Positions 50,135 to 62,714 of a stretch of 64,000 bases of DNA are shown piece after piece. The stretch is from Squalus acanthias (lineage: Eukaryota): NCBI GenBank assembly GCA_030390025.1, contig CM059431.1, positions 143,842,001-143,906,000 on the forward strand, written 5' to 3'. A program made the position numbers and the translations under genes. The stretch's first letter is position 1. Every line of letters begins with the position of its first letter. Below the pieces are notes generated by a model. It worked only from the letters and a program-made list of their open reading frames with translations, searched no databases and had not been told where the DNA came from.

Positions 50135-50304
50135 GACACTCGCAAGACAGGCACTAAGGGAATGAACAAGCGTGATTAGTTGGTTATTTGATGTAATATT
50201 GGATAGATAGATGTATAAAGGAGATTGGAATGCTTGGTGTGTGATAACTTTTATTTCGGCATTGTGACCAAAAGGATATTCTGATGGTCCATAACAGTGG
50301 GAAG

Positions 50305-51490
50305 CTAAGTTGTCGGACTAATGCTGAATGGGGAATTGGGGTTGTGTTCACTGGTAGCGCAGGTTGATGATTCAATTCCGGACATCCCGGCCAGAAAGGA
50401 GATGACTGGATTTCCTCCTCCCTTCCAGTTCCTCTTCCCCTTTCCCGCTTCCCCCACTTCTTCTTCTTCCTCCTCTTCCTCCTCCTCCTGCTCCTGCTCT
50501 GATTGTTGTATATCTGGATGCAAGTGCTGTGCCCTCATGATGGCCAGATTGTGGAGGATACAACAGACCACCATGAATCGGGACACACGCTCCGCTGAGT
50601 TCAGTAGGCCTCCTACAGAGCGGCCCAGGCAGCGGAACCGCTGCTTCAGCAGCCCAATGGTCTGCAATATAAGCTTGTGTGTGGCAGCATGGCTCGCATT
50701 GTACGCATGCTGGCCACTTGTGGTTGGGTTGTGGAGCAGAGTCATGAGCCAGGTGGTCTGGTTTGACAAAGTGGCTCAAAGACAGAGGGAACAGCGGACT
50801 GGTGCAAAATAAAAGCATCATTACTGTTGCCAGGTTACTAGGCATTCACCATCTTGATCAGCTGAGCATGGTCGCAACCCAATTGCACAATCAGTGACTT
50901 GAAAACTTTGCAGCTGCATTAAATCTCAGCATTTAGCAGTGGCGCCCACAAAGCCCCGTGCATGCAGTCGATGCCCTGCACTATGAGGAAGCCCACAATC
51001 CTAACATACAACGTGCACACTCCGCCTGCTACTCTCTGTTCAGAGAGAAGACAATGAAGTCCGCTCTCCTTTCATAAAAAGCCTCTGTCACCTCTCTTAT
51101 GCAGCAGTGGACGGCGGACTGCGAGATGTTACAGTTGTCGCCTGCACCAGCCTGGAAGAATCCCAACCCAAAGAAATGCAGGGCCGCGGTAACCTTCACT
51201 GCCACTGGCAGCGCTGTCCTTGCCCTGGTGTGAGGCTCTAAGTTTGGTATCAAGAGGTGGCAGAGTTCTGTGAGCACCTCCTTCGTAAAGCACAGATGCC
51301 TCACACACTGCTCCTGGTTCAGACTGAGGTAAGATAGTTGCTCTCGGAAGAACCTCGCTGGGTAAGGCCTCTTGCTGAAAGCCCTTCTCCTTTCCTCATC
51401 CTCCTTCTGCGAGCATCTTGTCCTCAACATTGCTGCCTCTGCTCCATCTCGCTTTCATGCTGCAGGCCAAGGGCGATGACAACCAGAACA
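50305..51490 (-). pseudogene. Harbinger (HARBI1-like) DDE transposase remnant
   Basis: LPVAVKVTAALHFF…ISQSAVHCCIREVT; GIDC; YNASHAATHKLILQTIGLLKQRFRCL; CCILHNLA. Confidence 0.85.
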
Positions 51491-52559
51491 CACTTGACTC
51501 GGAGCAAGTGGTCTGACCAGAACCCTTGAATTCAGAACCACTTGCAGCATCACTCCCTGTCACCTCACCAACCTCAAACAACTCTGGAAAGCACCAAACA
51601 CTTCTACGAACTTACACAGAGCTAGTAGAAATCAAAGACAAGTCACCTGAAAGTTGGTGATGATCCCTTTAAATAGCCCTGGTGGGGTTCCTTCCTGCTG
51701 CTGAACGCTGTGTGCTGTTTAGACAGGGCGTTAGGAAGCAATCTTACACTCAAAGGGTATGGAAAACTGGAACACTGCCACCCAAATATCTGTTCTTTCA
51801 TTGTGCTCATTTGAAAATTGAAAAACTGAGATTGATAGGCTTTTGTTAGGCATAGTTATTAAACGTTATGCAACCAAGGCGGTTAGATGGAATTAACCAC
51901 GATCTAATTGACTGGCAGAACAAGGGCGTGGAGCTGAATTGCCTCCTCCTGTGCCAAATATTCCCTTTTAACAGCCGGAGACGGTGATAAGAGTGCATGG
52001 GTTAAAAATGCGGCTGCGTAGAGACCGTTGTTTATGGTCTACGGGTGCCAAATTGGGTCCAAAATGACGTTCGAGCAGTGCGCGAACAATTTCTGTGTGG
52101 GCCGGCACAGGACGCCATATTGACGAGGGTGGAAGGGCGGCCATTAGGAGCGTCCACTGGAAATTTGGCAAGTAGGCTAATCGTAACGTCAATCAGCATT
52201 CAATGCTTAGTTGAAGCCAACGCTGCCATTTTCGTCGTCACTGCAGATGCAGGCAATCTGAAATAAAAACAGAAAATGCTTGAAATACTAAGGAGGTCAG
52301 GCAGTAGCTGAATGCAGTAATTCTGATGGCAGTGAACAAGGTTCCATACAACTGACGCATAAGCTCCTCCTCCATGTCCAGCCCCCTTGAGATAAAGGGC
52401 AGGATAACATTAGACTTTTGACTGATGGCTGTACATGTCTACTAGTGTTTAATGATTTGGGAACTGGCACTCACACACGTCTTTTCTCCTCAATCATTTA
52501 GATTATAAACCGACTATCTTACTTGGCTCCAAATTGGATGAGGTCACACTTGCGCACAA

Positions 52560-53815
52560 TGTAGGCTTCGCAAAATCCCCCAGAAACTCGAACAGAGCCC
52601 TAAAGGGAGTGATTTTTGGACCTTTCATACAAACTTGGGATGATGGGACCTAAGTGCAGTGATTTGATGTAAAAACCTCAGTTTTGGACATTTTAAAGAT
52701 CAGGGAAGAAAAAAACCCTGAGGAAAATGACTTTTGAATCATACTGTTGGGAAAGACACCTTTCACAGACGCAAGACAGGCTGCGGAGGGGCGTGGCCCG
52801 GCAGTGGACAGCTTTGGGTATTGGGGCCCAATCAAGCTGTCTGGGAATTGTTTACACTGCAATCCTAACAAGGAGGAAGAGACAAACCCAAAGCCTCACA
52901 CAAACATCGAAATATGAATAATCCAAGACCCCCTTTTGAAATTCCCAGGCCCAAACAGGATACCAGAAGCCTGAAATCAATAAAACCTTTAGTACTTAAT
53001 CAAAAACCAATCAACCAGGTATCCACAGGACAGATTTAAAAGCCCGCCAAAAGACTTAGGACAATAAGGTTGAGATTTGGCACTTAGATAAGGCTGTGTT
53101 AAATCGGAAAATGATCAGGACATGTTTAACACTGAGCTAAAGCCATCGGAACTGGCAAGCCCGCCAAAACTAGACAATGGACTTTGCAAGGCTCATTTGC
53201 AACCTAAAGGAAACCGTTTTAGTGAGGGGTTTTTGGGCGCGAAATAAAAGACAGTATAATTGAAAGCCTGTCCCAAAACTCTTTCTCTTTTGGACTCGCT
53301 GACAACGCCGGTACAGCTCTACCCTGCTCCAGCAAAACCACCACAAGCCACGAGGAGGAAGGCCAGCAAACAGACCATCACACAAGAAGAAAACAGAGAG
53401 ACTGTCTCAGTGACCATCGGACACCTCGCAGCAACAAGGACCTTACAGAATCTTTTAATCAAAAGACTCTAAAAGCCTGTCAAGGATTCGTTGGTGAGCA
53501 TTATCCCTGATCTCCTGAAACCAAAAACCTAGTTAGATAGTAGGATCTTTGGGAGGGATAAGGTTTTTGTTTGGTATATCGTCATTCTCCCTCGCCTGTA
53601 CCGTGTGCTCCCCAATCTGTGTTTAAGTATTAAGTGTGTTTTAAGTTTGTTACCTTTTTCTTTTAATAAAGTAAAAATTCTTTCATCAGAACATGTTGTC
53701 TACTGCATTTTTGTTCACAACACCTAAATAAGTCCAAAGTCTAGGAACCAGGGGCGTGGGAGCGAGTCGAACCGCTCACTGAGTCCGAAGGCTGACCCCA
53801 TTACCACCCCCTGCA
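52560..53815 (+). repeat. 5' LTR (TG…CA)
   Basis: Direct repeat of 62715-63972; AATAAA at ~53665. Confidence 0.92.
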
Positions 53816-53818
53816 TAA

Positions 53819-53836
53819 TGGCGACCGCGGCAGGAC
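53819..53836 (+). promoter_or_regulatory. Primer binding site, tRNA-Arg(TCG)
   Basis: TGGCGACCGCGGCAGGAC is complementary to the recalled vertebrate tRNA-Arg(TCG) 3' end …GTCCTGCCGCGGTCG-CCA; 3 nt after the LTR. Confidence 0.85.
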
Positions 53837-53889
53837 TTTGGCGAAAGGGTTGTGAAGCAGTAAATGCTGGTTTTGAGGAGAGAACAAAA

Positions 53890-55620
53890 ATGGAAGAGAG
53901 GATGTCATCCTATGTATATAAAAAAGTCAATATCACCAAGAAATGGATCCTCAGGCTGTTGCATGCTAATCGTCCTATGCATGCTGCAGCTTCATGGACT
54001 GAGAGCAAGGAATACAATAAGTCTGTGGAGAAAGCCATATGGTTGGTCTGCTCCTAGAAACAGATGCAACTTATGGGGAAGCGCATTCAGGTTCTCACAG
54101 AAGAGCTAACGGAAGAAAGCCAACTGTCCCGTTCCAGAGCTATAGCAGGAGACAGGTTGTTAGCAGAGCTAGGCAAAAAAAATCAGGAACAGTCACAGAT
54201 GCTGGAGGAACACCGTGCCAGTAAGGGATACCTCCAGTGTCAGGCCCGAGGCCAAAAGTAGTGAACTGGCATTGCGGGAAGAGAACACCCGCCTTGCCAA
54301 GCAATTACGGGAACTCAGAGAGAAGTTAAACGATGTTCAGGCAGCTTACAGAGCAGCCAGTACAAGGGAGTTTGAGGTAGGGGACCACGGCCCCTGTCAG
54401 AAGCAGATTGAGAGTCTGAACCTTGCTCTGTCCAAGACAAAAGGCATGCTGTGCCTGATAAGCCCGGGTGCGGCCCAGGGAGACCTGGAGGAGCAGGGGC
54501 AGACTGTTCGAACACCACCTGTGGCGCCAAGGAGAAGCTTGGTTAGGCAGCAGGAGGGGCAGACAATCTGTGAGGCTGACAGGAGTGCACACCAGCAACC
54601 CTGGCGCCGAGTTTTGACTCGGTCTGGCAGCAGGGAGAGGGGAGAAAACAGATGCAGAAGTCGGAGCCAGGGCCAATGTGCCCAGCTCGACAGCAAAAAT
54701 TCGACTCGCCCGCCGGTGGTGGAGGTCAGGGCCACCTTGAAAATCAATTCTTGGCTCCCCACGGTACACAACAGCTTAGGGCTATGGTAAGCCACCTGAG
54801 TAAACTTACCCAAAAGAATGACCCCTCAGTCCACTTCATGGAGGTGGAGCAATCAGCAGCCATCAACGATTGTGACTATGCCGAAATGGCAAAATTGCTC
54901 CTGTTCTCATTAGATGGCAAATTGTACAAGTCACTCTCTACTGAGAGCAAGAGAGGGCAGACCGGGTATGCTGCCGTAAGGGAGGAAGTATTAGAGGCCA
55001 TGGGAATGAATGAGGGAAGTCCTTTCTCCCGGGTGGAGAAAACAGTGCAGCTCGCAGGGGAGACCCCACAGGCTTTCGCAGACAGGATGTGGCCGGTGCA
55101 CAGGGGTGCTTGTAATGGGGCTCTCGAAAGGGCTAACCTGAACAGTGACGAGCTGGCCCACTGGCTCCGTAGCCTAGTGGCAAACAGCTTGCCACGAATC
55201 AAAGCCAAGTCTGAGCTCTGGTTTGACTCAAGAGATCCCCGGGTCACCGAGGAGGCAGTGGTCAGGCAACTGACCCTAGCCTACCGGAACGGTAGGGGCC
55301 TGAAAGGGAAGGTGCATGAGATAAAGCCCAGTCAGGATAAGAAGGAGTGGCACCAGGAAAATGGTTAACCTTCCGACACGAAGCGTAGCTGCTTTGGGTG
55401 TGGGAAGACTGGGCACTGGAGAAAGGACAGTAGGAATCCCTGGAAGGATAGCTTAGCAAAGAAGTCCCCAACTCCTGTCCCAAAAGTAGAGTCACCGACC
55501 TCTTCCCCCACACTGGACACAATAGTAGCGGCCATCAGCGTCCTGTTTGATGGCCCAGGGAAGGTGGCTACAGCCACTGGCGCTCTAATCCCATCTGCCC
55601 CACCCAACCCAGAGGCATGA
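53890..55620 (+). pseudogene. gag: gag (coiled-coil N-terminal region, capsid-like region, degenerate zinc knuckle)
   Basis: Heptad-rich ELALREENTRLAKQLRELREKLNDVQ; QLAGETPQAFADRM; CFGCGKTGHWRKDS near 55390; several stops and frameshifts; start codon uncertain. Confidence 0.75.
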
Positions 55621-58600
55621 CTAGAGCTAGCACAGCCGGTCTACCTGTGTCCCCTCGAGTATAATGCCTGGAAGCGACCGCATGTTAAGATGGAGGTAGA
55701 AAAGGTAGGACGGACATTTCTGTTAGACACAGGAGCTTCGAGCACCCTTATTTATTCAGATAACACAGCCACTTCACCTCTGTCTAACGGGGTCCCGTGC
55801 AGCCTAGTGGGATTCACAGGTAACGTGCAGGCTGGCTCATACTCCATCCCGCTGTCCATTCATTTGGGAACGCTCCACACCAAGTGGACCTGTGTCCTAA
55901 TGAAGTGGGAGCAAGAAGGGAAGGGGATCCTGGGGGCCGACTTTATCACAGGCCACAGGATTTTAGTGGATTTAAGGAACCACTGTCTATGGGGAGCATG
56001 TACCCAAAATGGTAGTGAGGTAGCAGTCATCACGGAGGCACAAGGCAAGGGGACCTTGTGCAAAGTAAAACCAAAGGAGGGTTACGACCTCGAACTCATG
56101 GTCAGTAACACTCCAATGGAGTACCAGGCATTTGTGCAGGAAAACCTCGCAGCATTTGCCACTCACAAGTACGTCTGTGGGAGGGTACCGGGGTCGAGGT
56201 TAGTGTGAGTGGGGACCCCATGAACCGCCCACAAAAGCAATATAACTTCCCCAGGGAACCTGAGACAGACTTGAAAACGGCGTTGACTTCTTTAGTCAAG
56301 CAGGGGGTATTGAGACCTATAGTTGCCCACGTGAACTCCCCACTGTGGCCGGTTAGAAAACCAGACAACTCCTGGAGGGCCACAGTAGACTATGGAGTAC
56401 TCAACCGAAACATCCCCGCCTGTGCCCCCACGGTTGCAGCCGTAGCCGACCTCATTGGAAGTATCCCAGCATCTGCGACCACCTTTACAGTGCTGGATAT
56501 TTCCAACGGGTTCTGGTCCATCCCTCTAAGGAGAGAGGATCAGTACAAGTTCGCCTTTACATTTAAAGGCCAACAGTACACATGGAACTGTCTGACCCAG
56601 GGCTTCCACAACAGCCCAAGCATTTTTCACCAATGTATGGCGAATTGCTTGAAGGGCTTCAGCAGGCCCCATCAGCTGGTCCAGTATGTGTACGACCTAC
56701 TCCTCTTTACCGATGAGGGAGAGGAACATGGTCCCCTTCTGGCAGAACTGCTGGAACTGCTCAGGCAAGAAGGCTTTAAAGTAAACCCCAAGAAGGCACA
56801 GATTGGCCAGCGGGAAGTCAAATTCCTGGGTCTGGCTGTGCGAGCAGGAAGAGGGCCATTGACAAACCTAGAAGGGAAGCAGTTCAGGAGTTACCAGCCC
56901 CCAACACAGTTACAGGAGTAAGGTCTTTTCTAGGGCTAACTGGGTACTGCAGTGATTTCATTGAGGATTACGCAGCCACAGCAGCCCCTCTGCTCCGACT
57001 CCTACACAAGGGAGTGGAGTGGGTTTGGGATGAGGGTTGCGAGGCTGCCTTTGTGAAACTCAAGAGAGATCTTCAAACCGCACCGGCTCTAGGGGCCATT
57101 GATGGAGGGGAAGAGTTTTTCCTGGAGGTAGCAGCCAGTGGGGACAGTCTGAGTGCAGTGCTGCTCCAAGAGAGGCATGGCAAGCTGAGACCAGTGGTTT
57201 ACTCCTCCAGAATACACACTGATGTGGAGAGGAGATACTTCAACTGTGAGAGGCACCTCCTAGCCACTCACTTGACTGTGAAAAGATCATTGATCTTCAC
57301 AGGCACCTCTCCCATCACACTCCTCACTCACCAAACTCCCACCCAGATGCTCTTGGATGGGAGAATTAAAGATGGGACAGTGAGCAGTGCCCGCATTGCT
57401 CGCTGGACCCTGCTTCTCTCACAAATGTATCTGAGGGTAAAAGGTCTCTGCGAGCCAAAGCTCGCAGCCAACATGATTTACTCAGGGACAGCCCACCGGT
57501 GTTCCGTTGAAGGGGTATGGGAAGTCAACATAGGTTTGCGAGCTGGGATACACCCCACAGGCCGCGAAATCTATGTGGAAGGTTCAAGCACAGTATCAGC
57601 TGGAAAACGACTCACAGGGTGTGGGATTTATGACCCAGAGGCAGCCATTGCTCTGGCATTCAAGCTCTCTAGCACCATGAGTGCGCAGCAGGCTGAACTA
57701 TCTGCGGTGGTGTATGTAGTCACACACCCCGAGGAATTCACTACCCCATACACGATTTGCTCGGACAGCATGTTCACATGCAATTCGCGTACAGAGTACC
57801 TGGCCATCTGGTCCCGTCGTGGATACACCTCCGCTGATGAGAGACCCCTGGCCATCAAGCCTCTGTTGGAGAAAATCATGAGGGCAGTAGGGGAGGAAGG
57901 TGGGGTCTACATCCAAAAGGCGAAGTCCAATTCCAAGGTAGAGCCCCGCGCAGAGGGCAATCCCAAGCCGACATTCTGGCCAAAGAGGGCGCCAGTACAG
58001 GCACGTTGGAATCAAATGGGTCCATGTGGATCAAACCCGGTAGCAGCAATCAGAGGCAGAGGAGGGACCCAAGGGAGTGCAAGGGTCGCATTGACCCCGG
58101 ACCTAAAGGCGGTCCAGGCACAGGATCCCATCCTAAAAACTGTCCTGGAAACGCTGGCTAGAGGGGAGAAGGTAAAGGGCCCATCCGGCGCAGCGGCCAG
58201 CACCCACAAAGAAGGCATGCTGTTCAGGGGGGAACAATGTGTAGTGCCGCAGTAGCACCGAAGGGAATTCCTCCAACTGGCCCATGAGGGTCCAGGAGCG
58301 GGGCATCCCGGGCCTGAGACCACCTGGCAGCGGGTGGAACAGGCAGGATGGTGGCCAGGACTGAGGGAGGATGTCAGCGAGTTCTGTGCAGGTTATCTGG
58401 TGTGTGCTGCTAACAACCCTGACCCCCAGAAAAGGAAGGTATCTATGGGACACATCAGGAGGGTAGAGGGACCATGGCAGTCGATCCTGGTCGACTACAT
58501 CGGGCCTCTACCCACCGCTCAGGGAGGCTACAAATACTGCCTAGTCCTGGTGGATGTGTTCTCAAAGTGGGTGGAAGCTTTTCCATGTCGAACAGCTACC

Positions 58601-59302
58601 GCTTTGGGTACAGCCAGGATCCTGGTCAGGGAGGTGTTCTCACGATGGGGGCTCCCACAGTATGTGGAGTCAGATCAGGGGAGTCACTTTACTGGGAATG
58701 TCATGCAGGAGACCCTCAGGGTACTCGGAATAGAAGGGAAATGGCACGTCGCCCACAACCCACAGTCATCAGTGATTGTGGAGCGTTTAAACCGTACCAT
58801 CAAAGAAAGGCTGCGAAAGGACATGGGAAACTCACCCAAAAAGTGGGTAGAAGCATTACCGTTGGTCCTAATGGGGATCCGGGCCAGCCAGTCAAAAAGC
58901 ACGGGGTATTCCCCACACCAGCTCATGACTGGCAGGATTATGCGGACCCCCACCCATGTGCTAGCCCCGGTGCTCACGGAAGGGCAGCTCAGGGAGGTGA
59001 ACCGGGACAGATTCGTCAGCAATCTGTTGGACCACCTTAAACAGGTCCACTGGCAGGCTGCGAGTAACATGGGAAAACAGCATCGGGGTAAACGATTGCT
59101 GCTGGAACCCCGCAAGCACCACGAGTGGGAGGTTGGAGATCAGGTCATGGTGAGAAATTTTGCCCGTGTAGGGAGTTTCGAACCATTGTACATGGGGCCC
59201 TACAACATTGTAGACAAGGCACGCCCCATGGTCTATGCCATAAAGATGCCCCGCCGTACAAAGTGGTTTCACATCAACCAATGCAAACTGTTTTTTACCT
59301 AA
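55621..59302 (+). pseudogene. pol: pol: protease, RT, tether RNase H, RNase H, integrase
   Basis: LLDTGA and ILGADF; QKQY, NSPLWPVRKPD, LDISNGFW, QGFHNSP, YVYD (YxDD mutated, 56685-56696); IYVEGS…SAQQAEL…SDS; IN HHCC remnant, VDYIGPL, SDQGSHF, ERLNRTIK, YMGPY. Confidence 0.92.
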
Positions 59303-60099
59303 AAGGGAACAGCCAGCAAAGGTGGACTGCCCCCAAGTTAGAAATCCTCAGCCAGCAGCAGCTGTGGCAGACGCACAAGCTGCAGCGGGAGGAATAGTGT
59401 GTTGTTTCACAGGAGAGGTCACTCCACCGATTATGTGGGGCTCAAGCACACCCCCAGTGGCCAGAGCCCTAAGAAGGTCTCCCCGCACACCACAGCCAAG
59501 GCCACTGTGGCCACAGGTGTATCTGTTTAGAGGGTCCCACCCAAAGAGGGTTGCAACCCCAAAAAGAGCGCCCAAGAGCAGAGAGCGTTCTAAAGTTGGG
59601 GATTCCCAGCCTACAGCCTCAAACAGTGAGGGTTTCACAGGAGAGGTAGTACTGGGAGAAGAGAGAGAGAAGGGTCCCCCGCCTGCAGCCTCAGGCTGGG
59701 AGGAGCCCACAGATATGAACGAGGGCGCTGCAGCCACACCAAAGGGGGTAGTGTGCTGCAGAACAGGACGCAGCTGGGATGTTAAGATACCCCCAGCGGT
59801 TTTCAGGAAGGCCTTCTGGGTCCGGCGGTACAGGCAGCATTACACCCAGGTGTACAAGCCATCCAGAGGCCAGCTAAGGCAGAGACTAAACAGGATTTAA
59901 CCTGGCCGTCCGGAGACGGGCGGCAAATGTACAGAATTTTCGGTTTTAAGTAATTGCAGTTTTGGTGATTATGGGTTATCATTAGTTTAGTTGTTTGTAG
60001 AGTTTTTTTAAGTTTAAGGGCTTGATTAATTATCCAGCCAGAAACTTTCTGGGACATGGATATATGTTTTGTGTGTCCCACTACAGAAAGGACTTCGGA

Positions 60100-62434
60100 A
60101 TGACAAGATTTCTGTTCCTGCTCGCCCTGGTAGGGGTGAGCATCGGTGACCGAGGTGACGTGGAGGACTCCCACATCTATGGGTGCTCAGGAGTGAGAGC
60201 ACCAGTCGTCACTGCAGGGGGTGGCGAGCGGGGACTGGAGGAGCTCGCCATCTACTTCCACGAGGGAAGGTGGCCAGGGTGGCTGGGGTCCAACTCTACT
60301 AAATACTCCAACCAGCCCGGGTTCACGTACGGGGATGCCTCCCTCCCATGCCCCAGAATACAGGTCGTTGCCACAAGGGTCAGTGTCACCGAGGGGAAGC
60401 GTGTGTGCCTTACCTGTAAGGGATTAATTTCCCTTAATAGGTGGTGGCGGCTCAGGAATCTGAGCAGGGACGCAGGGGACCATACAGCCGACTGGGAAAG
60501 ATTTGGGAACGACACCCATCGGACAATCACAGGGACCCAAGGAGGAGTGTGTGTTTGTTGGGATAAGTGGTGGGAGTCGGAACAGGGAGTCTATGTTTGT
60601 ATGTGGGGATCAGAGGAAGCCTGCCCCACAGGGGTATCCATCATCTTCTCCAGCCAATGGCAAGATGCCGGGGAGGGGATAGGGTGGGATTCTAGCCTCC
60701 ATGGGTGCGTGGTCCCACACATTCCGGTCTCAGTTAATGCCACTGAACTCGTGGCACACACCCGAAAGCCCCTACCCACGACCCAGGTACCGAAAACCCT
60801 GGAAGAAAAGTGCCCTACCACCACCAAGGGACCAGGGAATTGGTTAGTCCGAGTACCAACCGAAAAGGTACTATACCAGGGGGTACACTATGCAGTAGCT
60901 TCAGTAATATTAAACCTTACCGAGGTATACTTACCTGAGCGGTTTCATAAGGAGACGGAGCAGCTGTACCAGGCCCTGCTAAAGGAAATGTTTAGGACAT
61001 TTTACGAATTTGATTTTTTAATATAGACAAGGTAGAGCTATACAGAATACACCCTGAGAACCCTATGGGCACGGGTAGACAAAGAAGGGGAGCCTGGAAT
61101 GATGTTTTCACTGCCTATAGTACAGGGTCCTCTGTAATAAATAGCCTGGATGACATGGAATTACAGACACAGATAAATGGTTTAAAAACCCAGTTAAGAA
61201 TGATCCTGAAGGATGGAAACACAGTGGTAGGCTCAGAGCTACATGAGGACCAAGCTATGATGGTTCATTTAAAGGAAATTATTGCAGAATTGGAAAGGCA
61301 TGCCAAAACAGTAAATGCACTCATACGGGCGGATAGGAATGCATCGGATCAGGCTGCAGAGAATGAGGTGTGTGTGCTGTACGGGGCATAGTTGCTGGGC
61401 GAGGGCCGTAGCAACCTGGAGGATTTAAAACAAGGTTTAGTCCCCTCCTGGATCAGCAACAAGCACATCGCAGCCCTCCACCCGTTTAGTAATTAGCTGA
61501 GCCCATGCTAATTTCGTCTAGCCTCTGAAGCCTACCCTGTCCCAATAGATTGTGGCCGTTCCAATCACACTATCATGGGGATAGTAGTGAGAATGCCGGT
61601 CATGAGTGGGACAGCGCGACCCATACCGGTATACAGGGTGGAGAATATTGGAGTCATTCAAGGGGGTGCACACATCCGTTTTACAGCGGTCCCACCTTAT
61701 GTCATAAAGTGGGAGCACGCCATGACAGGTACTGACGTCTCCAGGTGCCGGAGCCGGGGTTCACACATGATACTGTGTCCCTAGCACTTGAACGCCTATT
61801 CCAAACGACAGTGCGAGTTTAAAGCTGCTGGCGCACGACCTATCAACTGTCCCATGGAGGTGATGGCACACGGCCATGTTTCCCCACAGGTAGCATATAT
61901 AGCGGGTGGGACATATTGTGTCACCACAGTTGCGTCCCACTACCAGCATGGACACTTCTGGTGTCCGCTAAGTGACAGCAGTTTCTGCTTTAAGCCCGAG
62001 GCAGAAGTCCAAGCGGCCCAAGAACGGATTGTCCCCATTCCTGAAGCCTCCACAGAAAACATCACAAACCTGCAAACGTATGTGACTTACTTTGGATATA
62101 AAATTCCCCCTCTCCCCGAACATCTTACCATCCTACTTAAAGCTGTAGAGATTTCACAAAAACATTTCTACACCCTGGAACAGAAAACAGTTGAAATAGG
62201 GGCAGAGATTTTGGATATAGTAGTTCCACCCTGGTGGGATATTTTCGAGAATATAGAGGTGCCTTCCTGGATCAGGATGGCTTCCCATCTTTTGGTGGTC
62301 TGACAGCTCGGGATAGTTCTCTCCTGCTGTGTACAAAGTGCAGGAGAAGGGACGGGGAGCTCCGCTCCAGACACGAAGGGTCTTGGGAAGTGCATCAAAA
62401 TAAAGGCTATGGCCAGGGATGGAACGAACCTTGA
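60100..62434 (+). pseudogene. env: env-like class I fusion glycoprotein with N-terminal Ig-like domain
   Basis: Signal peptide MTRFLFLLALVGVSIG; furin site RQRR|GAWNDVF at 61077-61088; heptads; Cys-rich region; WW then hydrophobic TM; frameshift near 61020 and several stops. Confidence 0.8.
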
Positions 62435-62714
62435 ATTTTGTCTTTTAATAAAAAAATGTGTATGTGTGTTGTGTTATTTTATGATGTGTATGGTGTGTTT
62501 TTCCAAGCTGTGCAGGGGTGTCAGACCCTCTCCATGCTTGGATGTGAAATAAAGATTGATTCTTACCTGTATGTACCTGAAACAGCACTTTCAAAAGGGG
62601 AATGTATTTTTGGGTTTTTAGTTAAGGTAATACATGGGAAGGTTGGTTTTCAGGGATCGGAAATTTTGCTCACCTGTTAATGATACTAATTCAGTTTTAG
62701 TATCAAAATGGGAA

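Larger units (their letters stand above)
48050..51700. mobile_element. Decayed PIF/Harbinger DNA transposon (convergent Myb/SANT and transposase genes); ends not resolved
   Basis: See component features; no clear TIRs or TSD found. Confidence 0.8.

Noticed and set aside
50305..51490. Domesticated host HARBI1/NAIF1 genes
   Set aside because: Multiple stops, frameshifts and deletions; convergent two-gene layout of a transposon copy
53819..53836. tRNA gene
   Set aside because: Only the 18-19 nt complement of a tRNA 3' end including CCA, which is a PBS
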